From an uncultured Polyangiales bacterium (GTDB lineage: Bacteria; Myxococcota_A; Polyangia; Polyangiales; GCA-016699535), in assembly GCA_964640175.1 (NCBI GenBank), contig CAZXFW010000002.1:198257-262256 (forward strand): a stretch of 64,000 nucleotides of DNA. The letters are read 5' to 3'. The position numbers and the translations under genes are program-made. The notes beneath the pieces were generated by a model. That model did not search any database. It worked only from the letters and a program-made list of their open reading frames with translations, and had not been told where the DNA came from. Each line of letters begins with the position of its first letter. The first letter of the stretch is position 1. This document shows, piece by piece, positions 30,348 through 37,964 of this stretch.

Positions 30348-31222
30348 ACCCGATAACCAACCTTCCCCAATGCCATCCGAATCCGCTCTTGAGTTTCAGG
30401 ACTAGGCTGAACAAGCGGCAACCGCACCTCCGAAAAAATTTTACCAAGCTGCCCCAATGCAGCTTTGACGGGACCAGGATTGCTTTCCAGAAACAACGCT
30501 TCATGCAGTGGAAGTAAACTGAAATGAAGTTTTCTTGCTTCTTCAATCTTACCCTCTTGCCATAGAGCCACAACCTTAGAAACACGATCTGGAGCGACGT
30601 TTGAGGTTACACTGATAACCCCTTGCCCTCCTACCGCCAAGGTGCCCAGTACAATCCCATCATCGCCGCTTAACACGATAAAGCGTGAACCAAACGTTGC
30701 AACAATACTTTGACTGCGAAGAATGTCTCCTGTGGCCTCCTTGATACCGACAATGTGCTTTAACGCCGACAGACGTTCTAAAACACTCACGTCCAAATCC
30801 ACGCCCGTACGCTTCGGAATGTTGTAAAGCACTGTGGGCAATGGAACTTCACGCAGTACAGTTTCGAAATGCGCAACAAGTCCAGCGGCTGTGGGACGAT
30901 TATAATAAGGCGTCACGAGTAAAACGCCATCGACTTTGGCTTCGCGTGCGGCGCGGCACAATTCAATGGTATGACGAGTCGACACCGTGCCAGCTCCGGC
31001 AAGCACCGGCACACGGCCTTTGGTCTGTTCTGCTACAATGGTAAGCACCCGAGCATGCTCTTCGGCACTAAGCGTCACGCTCTCTCCGGTGGTCCCGCAA
31101 GGCGCTAACCCATTAATACCTTGGCTAATTTGCCACTCCACCAACTCCCGCAATGCTTTTTCATCAATATGTTCATCTTTAAACGGGGTAACGAGTGCCG
31201 TAATGGCTCCTTGAAATGTCAT
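30344..31222 (-). CDS. dapA: 4-hydroxy-tetrahydrodipicolinate synthase
   Basis: GAITALVTPF, GTTGES, YNIP, Schiff-base context GIKEATGD. 4-nt overlap with dapB. Confidence 0.95.
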   Translation of the reverse strand: MTFQGAITALVTPFKDEHIDEKALRELVEWQISQGINGLAPCGTTGESVTLSAEEHARVLTIVAEQTKGRVPVLAGAGTVSTRHTIELCRAAREAKVDGVLLVTPYYNRPTAAGLVAHFETVLREVPLPTVLYNIPKRTGVDLDVSVLERLSALKHIVGIKEATGDILRSQSIVATFGSRFIVLSGDDGIVLGTLAVGGQGVISVTSNVAPDRVSKVVALWQEGKIEEARKLHFSLLPLHEALFLESNPGPVKAALGQLGKIFSEVRLPLVQPSPETQERIRMALGKVGYRV

Positions 31223-31229
31223 AGTTGTT

Positions 31230-32150
31230 TCACTCCTGCCGTGGGCGCCCCGATGGGGAACTTACCTTGTCATTTTTGTGCGTTTCCGCCAAGGGGTTCT
31301 TGGAAGCAGTATAACTCCTCGCCAAATTTTGAAGGTACCTAAGCTTTGTCGCCTCACGCCGTTCATAACGGATACGACTCTGAATGCTGCTTTTTACTTG
31401 GCTGATCGGGATTTCCTGCGCTTCTTCACGCACAAGGAGCCGGAACACATAGTATTTTTCATCGTCTCCTTTAACCATGCGAAGCGGGCTAAGCTTGCCG
31501 GAAGTCTTCATCTCAAAGGCTGCCTGTACCAGTTGAAGATCATGGTCGGTTTCAGCGTCTTGATAGATCCAGGGCGTTTTACCTCCACGTATGCGCGTGT
31601 AGTCATCCATAGACACTTTCTTGGCCAATTTCCCAAACCTACGTTCGTTCAAACGAGACGCCCGTTGTTGAACGCTTCGCGCATCCCGCTCAGACTCCGT
31701 CACGATCATGGCGAGACGCACACGTGCAGGCCGAATAAAATCTGTCGGGTGCTCTCCGTAATACCGTTCGATCTGAGCGTCCGTGATAGGTCGTCTATCC
31801 ACTTCCCTCAAGACACGGCGCATGAGTGCATTCGCCAAAATACGGTCCACCTCTCGCTTCACGGGTAATTGATCTGCAATCCCGCGACGGCGTGCTTCTT
31901 CCGCAAGCATGTGCTCTTCAATCATCTCACATAAGAGTTGTGCCCGAGCTTGACGGCTAACATAGGCGGCTTTTTCAGAGTCGGGCATGTGAGACACCAC
32001 TGCATCCACGTCCGATCTAGGTGTCAAAAAGCCAAGTGCTCGAGCAACCTTGTTACAGTTTGCACACGAAGGATCAACATGCTGTGCCTCCGCCGAATCT
32101 GATAACGCTATCAGCAAACCGCACACAAAAAACGCCAAGCAGACCTTCAT
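31230..32150 (-). CDS. secreted parvulin-type peptidyl-prolyl isomerase-like protein (SurA/PrsA-like)
   Basis: Signal peptide, helical N-domain, C-terminal parvulin-like layout (RVRLAMIV...FGKLAKKVSMDD...GGK...YYVFRLL). Catalytic residues not verified. Confidence 0.5.
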   Translation of the reverse strand: MKVCLAFFVCGLLIALSDSAEAQHVDPSCANCNKVARALGFLTPRSDVDAVVSHMPDSEKAAYVSRQARAQLLCEMIEEHMLAEEARRRGIADQLPVKREVDRILANALMRRVLREVDRRPITDAQIERYYGEHPTDFIRPARVRLAMIVTESERDARSVQQRASRLNERRFGKLAKKVSMDDYTRIRGGKTPWIYQDAETDHDLQLVQAAFEMKTSGKLSPLRMVKGDDEKYYVFRLLVREEAQEIPISQVKSSIQSRIRYERREATKLRYLQNLARSYTASKNPLAETHKNDKVSSPSGRPRQE

Positions 32151-32162
32151 GCCATAATCCTC

Positions 32163-33371
32163 CTAGGATACCGCGTTATTGACCAGGCAGGGTGGTCCCT
32201 GCGAGTCCAAACGCCAAAGGTGTGTGGAAATTCGATGTGGCGCCCGCCTCGCTGCATCTTCAACGCGCATTTGCAACTCACGGATCAATTCAGAAGGCGC
32301 ACTCGCACAAGCAAGCAACGTATCCCGGTGGGGCACGCCAACCACACACTCTGCACCAAGTTCGTTCGACAGAACATTATACAAACTCGGAAGAAGGAGG
32401 CGTGTGGCATCTAACCCATCTCCACTATGTGCCATAATTAAAGGCCCATGCAGTGTATCTATCCGTGAAAATTTGGCATACGCCGAATTGAGCGCCAAAT
32501 TGGCTATAGCGATCTCGTATGCTTCATCCTCCGTCACGTCCCATCGTTCCAGAGCATTTGTACTTAAATATTTCACTCGATTCGCGTAACGAAGAATCAT
32601 CGTAACACACACATCACCACCAAGCTCGCGTCGATAGAGGCAACTTTGCTCATTGAGCGAAGCATCTAATTCTTGAAGGAAATCCCGTGACACCAATCGC
32701 GGAAAAATCTGTCCTTGTGCCTCCTGCCATGGCAGCGCTTCCTTTTCGCCTACATTCTCTCCTAATAGACTTACTATTTTCTGCACGGCCTTGCGTACTT
32801 CTGTCATCCCCGCTGAACGCGTTGCCTCTACAACCCGTTGTAGCCCCACCTCTACGCCGTTGCTCAACACAACATCACACTCAAACACATCCCCAATTGC
32901 AAGTGTCGGAAACGCCTGATTAAGTTGGCTGGAAAATTCCGCCAATACACGCGCAACGGCTCCTTTGCCAGCACCTTCCGCTTCCGCCAAAGCCAACTGC
33001 CGTGCAAATGCTTTTTGGACGTCTTGTGCTTGCAAAGACTGCTCGATGGCTGCAAATGGGTCAAACCATCCATGCTTTCCTAAATGCAATCGACACACAC
33101 CTTTGCGTGAAACAATCCGCCCTACCGAAATGTGTTTGGCTAAAAGAAGCGCTAAAAGTGCCCCGGCTCCTTCGACGAACTCCCATTCTTGATGATCGGA
33201 AACGTCCTCCCGCTCCGCAAATGCTACCAATAGTTCACCAAGTGCACGCGCTCCTTGTTCACCATGCGCGAAGGCATCCAAAGAACACATCGCATACGTG
33301 GAAGTAAAACGCTCAGCTACCGGAAATACTGGCGCACAGCATTCGCGTAGATCGTTAAGCCATCCGCTCAC
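32163..33371 (-). CDS. hypothetical protein
   Basis: 402-aa ORF embedded in the lpdA-lipB-...-dapAB gene string, with a 4-nt overlap with lipB. No motif recognised. Confidence 0.6.
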   Translation of the reverse strand: MSGWLNDLRECCAPVFPVAERFTSTYAMCSLDAFAHGEQGARALGELLVAFAEREDVSDHQEWEFVEGAGALLALLLAKHISVGRIVSRKGVCRLHLGKHGWFDPFAAIEQSLQAQDVQKAFARQLALAEAEGAGKGAVARVLAEFSSQLNQAFPTLAIGDVFECDVVLSNGVEVGLQRVVEATRSAGMTEVRKAVQKIVSLLGENVGEKEALPWQEAQGQIFPRLVSRDFLQELDASLNEQSCLYRRELGGDVCVTMILRYANRVKYLSTNALERWDVTEDEAYEIAIANLALNSAYAKFSRIDTLHGPLIMAHSGDGLDATRLLLPSLYNVLSNELGAECVVGVPHRDTLLACASAPSELIRELQMRVEDAARRAPHRISTHLWRLDSQGPPCLVNNAVS

Positions 33372-34036
33372 ACATCCTCCCCTATCGTATCCCCATTCAA
33401 CTGCGCATCAAAAATCGTTGCCAGATGGCGCGCAAACACCTGTTCAACCTCCGACATAGCTACTGCATGCCCAAGTTCACGCTGTAGCGACGTCATTTCA
33501 CAATTGGCAATACCGCAAGGTACGATGTGATTAAAATAGTCGAGGTCTGTAGTTACGTTCAAGGCCACGCCATGCATGGTTACCCAACGACTAATCCGAA
33601 CTCCCACCGATCCCAGTTTTCGTTCACCTATCCAGGCCCCATTAAGGCCCTCTCGTCGTTGGGCTTGAAGCCCGTAACTGGCCGCCGTCCGCAACATGCT
33701 TTCTTCCAAGTCTCGAACATAGCGGCGAACGTCACATCGATCTGGCTTAAGGTCGACAATCGGATACGCCACAAGCTGGCCAGGACCATGGTACGTGACA
33801 TCGCCTCCGCGACCCGTCTCAAATACCTCAATGCCCATGCCCAGCAAATCACCCATGCCGGTACGCACGTTGGTCTTTTTGCCTGCCCTGCCTAGCGTAA
33901 TCACTGGGTCATGCTCGACCAATACCAGCGTATCACCTATCGTCCCCTCGATCCGCGCCTGATGAAGGCGCTCCTGAAGGGCTAACGCATCCGCGTAGGC
34001 CATGCGTCCAAGACGCGTGAGGGTTAACTCTCTCAC
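33368..34036 (-). CDS. lipB: lipoyl(octanoyl) transferase
   Basis: EHDPVITLGR, RGGDVTYHGPGQLV.YPI, catalytic context IVPCG. Confidence 0.9.
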   Translation of the reverse strand: MRELTLTRLGRMAYADALALQERLHQARIEGTIGDTLVLVEHDPVITLGRAGKKTNVRTGMGDLLGMGIEVFETGRGGDVTYHGPGQLVAYPIVDLKPDRCDVRRYVRDLEESMLRTAASYGLQAQRREGLNGAWIGERKLGSVGVRISRWVTMHGVALNVTTDLDYFNHIVPCGIANCEMTSLQRELGHAVAMSEVEQVFARHLATIFDAQLNGDTIGEDV

Positions 34037-35448
34037 TTGTTCATGATGTGAACGGCCTCACCCACCGCATGCTTGAATGCCTCCATCATGCCTTCGCCTA
34101 ATGTAGGATGTGGATGTACTGTCAGAGCAACATCTTCGGCGTATGCACACATCTCGATACTTAAAGCCGCTTCACTGATCAAATCGCTGGCTTCGGGACC
34201 AACAATCCCCACACCCAACACTTCACCAGTGTCAGCATCCACCAAAACCTTGATAAACCCTTCGGTCTCACGCACCGCCATCGCGCGCCCCGACACTGAA
34301 AACGGAAACTTCCCGATTTTGACTTTGCGGTTTTGTGCTTTGGCTTCGGCTTCACTAAGCCCCACCGTGGCTACCTCAGGATCTGTAAAAATCGCGGCTG
34401 GCATGGCACGCCAATCACGAATGGTTTTCTTCCCTGCAATGACTTCCGCAACGATTTCACCTTCTTTGGAGGCCTTATGTGCCAGGTAAGGCGGCCCCGA
34501 AACATCTCCAATCGCAAACACACCCGCCACATTGGTTTCAAGACGCTGGTTGACTTGGATATGGCCTCGCGCATCGAGGTTGACGCCTACTTTATCCAAG
34601 CCTAGGCCTTCCGAGTTGGGGCGGAAACCCACAGCAACCAATACCTTGTCCCCTTCCAACGTTTTGGACTTGCCCTCATGTTCCACCGTCACCGTCGCTT
34701 TGCCTGCTTTGATCGTACACTCTTTGGCCTTGGCTCCGTAAAGCACTTCGCCGCCAGCTTTGAGAAAACGCCGTTCAACCACCTTAACCAGGTCGGCATC
34801 CACGCCAGGCAAAAGTTGTGTCATCATTTCGACCACCGTCACCTTGGCACCAAGCTTTTGGTACACCATGCCAAGCTCAAGCCCGATGATACCGCCACCA
34901 ATGAGCACCATGGCTTTAGGCACTTCGGTTAAGCTCACAGCTTCTTCTGCCGTGATCACCGTTTTTCCATCCACCGCGAATCCAGGCAGTTTGATGGGAG
35001 TGGCTCCCGTGGCAAGGATGATGCCTTTTTTGGCTTCGTAGCTCGTCACCTTTCCGTCAGCATCACGGACATCTACGGTGTTTTTGCTGGTAAGGGTGGC
35101 CGTTCCCGACACGATATCTGCGCCATTGCCTTTGACGAGGCTCTGCACGCCGCCGGTAAGTTTTTTAACGATGCCATCTTTCCACGCTTGTACTTTCTTA
35201 ACATCGACACTCAGCTCTTTGGCTACAATGCCAATCGCTTCTGCATGCTGAAGCTGTGAAACCAAACCAGCAGCAGAAATAAGGGCTTTGGAAGGAATGC
35301 ATCCCCAGTTCAAACACACGCCACCCATCGTTCCTTTTTCGATGACCAATGTTTTTTGTTTGAGCTGGCCTAAGCGGATTGCTGCAACGTACCCGCCAGG
35401 GCCGCCTCCAATTACGATCGCATCGTAGCTTTTAGTTCCCATCGGCAT
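34033..35448 (-). CDS. lpdA: dihydrolipoyl dehydrogenase
   Basis: GGGPGGY FAD motif, redox disulfide GGVCLNWGCIPSK, C-terminal HPHPTLGE. Confidence 0.95.
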   Translation of the reverse strand: MPMGTKSYDAIVIGGGPGGYVAAIRLGQLKQKTLVIEKGTMGGVCLNWGCIPSKALISAAGLVSQLQHAEAIGIVAKELSVDVKKVQAWKDGIVKKLTGGVQSLVKGNGADIVSGTATLTSKNTVDVRDADGKVTSYEAKKGIILATGATPIKLPGFAVDGKTVITAEEAVSLTEVPKAMVLIGGGIIGLELGMVYQKLGAKVTVVEMMTQLLPGVDADLVKVVERRFLKAGGEVLYGAKAKECTIKAGKATVTVEHEGKSKTLEGDKVLVAVGFRPNSEGLGLDKVGVNLDARGHIQVNQRLETNVAGVFAIGDVSGPPYLAHKASKEGEIVAEVIAGKKTIRDWRAMPAAIFTDPEVATVGLSEAEAKAQNRKVKIGKFPFSVSGRAMAVRETEGFIKVLVDADTGEVLGVGIVGPEASDLISEAALSIEMCAYAEDVALTVHPHPTLGEGMMEAFKHAVGEAVHIMNK

Positions 35449-35623
35449 GACTTCCTATGTTAGGTGTTTCTAAACGATTGCGGCTATGTGACGCACAGAT
35501 AGCCACGGCAACCAATCCCACACATACCAGCACAACGCCCAAGATGGGCACCCAACGGGGTGTCGGTGCTGCCTCGTCGTGCACCTCTGGTAGTGTTTCA
35601 GGATTGTAGTTGGTGTCTTGCAC
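35432..35623 (-). CDS. small single-TM protein (tentative)
   Basis: 63-aa ORF with one clear TM (WVPILGVVLVCVGLVAVAICA). Overlaps the lpdA start by 17 nt. No family recognised. Confidence 0.3.
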   Translation of the reverse strand: MQDTNYNPETLPEVHDEAAPTPRWVPILGVVLVCVGLVAVAICASHSRNRLETPNIGSHADGN

Positions 35624-35681
35624 GCTTCATACTCGCGGTGATGTCGTTGGCCTGGGGTTGTACTAGGACATGCGTCGCGGT

Positions 35682-36512
35682 TCAACGGCTATCGGCTCCC
35701 CCCGTGGATGCCCCTTTTAATACGGCCAGAAGCTCGCCATGTACCTTGCCATTGGACGCCAACGCACCATAGCCGTACAGAGTTTCTGTCCCGTCAAACG
35801 CCGTCAGGATACCCCCTGCCTCTCGCACAAGAACCGCAGGCGCACACAGATCCCACGGCTGAGTCCCAGGATCGACCACCGCATCCACACTTCCTAATAA
35901 AAGCGCTCGGTACCCCTCAAAGTCATGCAGCCCACGCTGACTATGCGTTTGGACGGCAAGCACATTAAGCCACCCGCCCTGGCCGGACTCTGCAAACTGC
36001 CCAAGCGTGCCATGCGCGACGGTGGCTTCCGCCGCGCTGGCAACACCTGAAACGCAAAGCGGTTTGCCATTCCCGTACGCCCCATGGCCTTTCACTGCAA
36101 CAAACAATTGGTCTTGCGCAGGTTGATACGCAATGCCAAGCACCGCCTCGCCGGCGTATTCCATGCCAAGCAATATAGACCACGTAGGCAACCGCCGGAC
36201 AAAAGCACGCGTCCCGTCGATGGGATCAACGACAAAACGCATCCCTGCTTCTTGGCCATGCACACCGCTTTCTTCACCAAGAAAGCCTGCCTCCGGATAA
36301 TGCTTAGCAATGAAGCCGCTAAGCCGTGCCTCCACCGCATGGTCAGCTTCGGTGACTGGGCTTTTATCTGCTTTAAAGCGCAAGCCCTGACGGCTTGTCG
36401 CTCGGTATAGCTGAAGCGCGTCCTCACCTGCAGCCAACACCTCATGGATAAGCGAGTTCAGCGCACGTGTCCCACCGATGATATCCAGATCAAATGGCAC
36501 GTGCCCTGACAT
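35682..36512 (-). CDS. inositol monophosphatase family protein (possibly histidinol-phosphatase type)
   Basis: IMPase motifs: FLGEES, VVDPIDGT, WDLCAP-type C-terminal block. Confidence 0.85.
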   Translation of the reverse strand: MSGHVPFDLDIIGGTRALNSLIHEVLAAGEDALQLYRATSRQGLRFKADKSPVTEADHAVEARLSGFIAKHYPEAGFLGEESGVHGQEAGMRFVVDPIDGTRAFVRRLPTWSILLGMEYAGEAVLGIAYQPAQDQLFVAVKGHGAYGNGKPLCVSGVASAAEATVAHGTLGQFAESGQGGWLNVLAVQTHSQRGLHDFEGYRALLLGSVDAVVDPGTQPWDLCAPAVLVREAGGILTAFDGTETLYGYGALASNGKVHGELLAVLKGASTGGADSR

Positions 36513-36527
36513 CGAGAGAAAGCCTTT

Positions 36528-36836
36528 TTAGAGCGCTTGTCGCGAACGGCGACGGGTCATAAGCCACACAAGCCCCATGCCTGCAATAGCTAACTCCATT
36601 CCCATGGCCGAACTGGCTGCCGTCGTCACCGCGCAACCGCTTCCTGCGACCCCTGAAGAATGGCCCGAGCCCGAATCGGTTTTGACATCAGGCTGACTGC
36701 CCGCATCAAGACTTGCATCATCGTAGCTTGCATCATCATCGCCAGCATCGTGGTCGTCATGTGCCAATGCCGGGGCCGCAAAACAGAGCCCAATCACTGC
36801 ACACAGCACCAACCAAGCCTTCCGCCAATCGTTCAT
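36528..36836 (-). CDS. small acidic His/Asp-rich secreted protein with MYXO-CTERM-like anchor
   Basis: Start moved to ATG 36836 (GGAGGG upstream). Signal peptide ..CFAAPALA, an HDDHDAGDDDASYDDAS stretch, and C-terminal GSGC + hydrophobic helix + RRRSR. Confidence 0.55.
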   Translation of the reverse strand: MNDWRKAWLVLCAVIGLCFAAPALAHDDHDAGDDDASYDDASLDAGSQPDVKTDSGSGHSSGVAGSGCAVTTAASSAMGMELAIAGMGLVWLMTRRRSRQAL

Positions 36837-37037
36837 GTTCCCTCCAAGCATACCTTCCTCCCGACATGCGTCATGTTGAGCCTCACCCAACAGACGGGTT
36901 TCTTTCTCCTCACGGCCACCTCTAACTAGGCGACGCCCGCCTTCATACCACCTCAGGTAGCCAAACGAAACCCTTGTTTTAAGATACCTCGAAATCGCTT
37001 AACACCCCGACCATTTAATGGTTTACGTCCCCTGACT

Positions 37038-37961
37038 ATGCGCTTTGCTTCCCAGGTCCGATGGCTCTCTGCAGCAAAAGAGAGCGAAACACCACAAACC
37101 TTCGGAGCCATTGCTGCCATCAGCGCCTACATCGCCTGGGGCCTGTTGCCCCTCTATTGGAAGCTTTTTGATCGCGTCCCTGCGGCTCAAGTCCTCGACC
37201 ACCGCATCCTATGGTCTGCGGCGCTGACGTGTGTCTGGCTCGCAGTAACTTCCAAACTCCCAGAGGTGCGAGCGGTGGCACGTGATCTGCGCCGCCTCGG
37301 CTTGGTCACACTCACGGCTCTTCTCTTAGCCTCCAACTGGTTCGTCTACATTTGGGCCATTCAAGTTGATCGGGTGTTAGAAACTAGCCTCGGTTACTTT
37401 ATCACACCGTTAGCCAACGTCGCACTCGGCACCGTCTTCTTGCGCGAACGTCTCAGGCCATGGCAATGGGTCTCCGTGATCATTGCATGCATCGGAGTGC
37501 TCAACGAATGCGTGCATGTTAATACTATTCCATGGGTCGCATTGAGCCTTGCACTCACGTTTAGTGTTTACGGCCTTCTTAAAAAAATCTCACCCATTCC
37601 ACCTGTTACTGCATTGGCAGTGGAAATGCTGCTTTTGGCGCCCTTTGCTGCCGTGCATGTCACGATTGCGCACGTAGAGGGCAACGGCGCATTTGGAACC
37701 ACCTCTTATACCAACACGTTGCTTGCCTTCACGGGACTCGCGACCGCACTTCCGTTGATATGGTTTACATACGGGGCACGTCGCTTGCGCTTTAGCACCT
37801 TGGGACTGTTTCAATACCTTGCCCCAAGCTGTCAGTTTGTGCTGGCAATTTTAGTGTTCCGCGAGTCGCTCGGTCTCGTCCAACTTCTCACCTTTGCATC
37901 CATATGGATAGCGTTGCTCATCTACATCGTCGATACACGTCGACAGATGGCCCGCACATAA
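37038..37961 (+). CDS. rarD: EamA-family transporter RarD
   Basis: 10-TM EamA duplication. N-terminal AYIAWGLLPLYWK and LETSLGYFITPL blocks are typical of RarD. Confidence 0.8.
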   Translation: MRFASQVRWLSAAKESETPQTFGAIAAISAYIAWGLLPLYWKLFDRVPAAQVLDHRILWSAALTCVWLAVTSKLPEVRAVARDLRRLGLVTLTALLLASNWFVYIWAIQVDRVLETSLGYFITPLANVALGTVFLRERLRPWQWVSVIIACIGVLNECVHVNTIPWVALSLALTFSVYGLLKKISPIPPVTALAVEMLLLAPFAAVHVTIAHVEGNGAFGTTSYTNTLLAFTGLATALPLIWFTYGARRLRFSTLGLFQYLAPSCQFVLAILVFRESLGLVQLLTFASIWIALLIYIVDTRRQMART

Positions 37962-37964
37962 CTT

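Noticed and set aside
31278-31868. 196-aa plus-strand ORF opposite the parvulin-like gene
   Set aside because: The minus-strand frame has a signal peptide and a domain-like layout. The plus-strand frame has neither.
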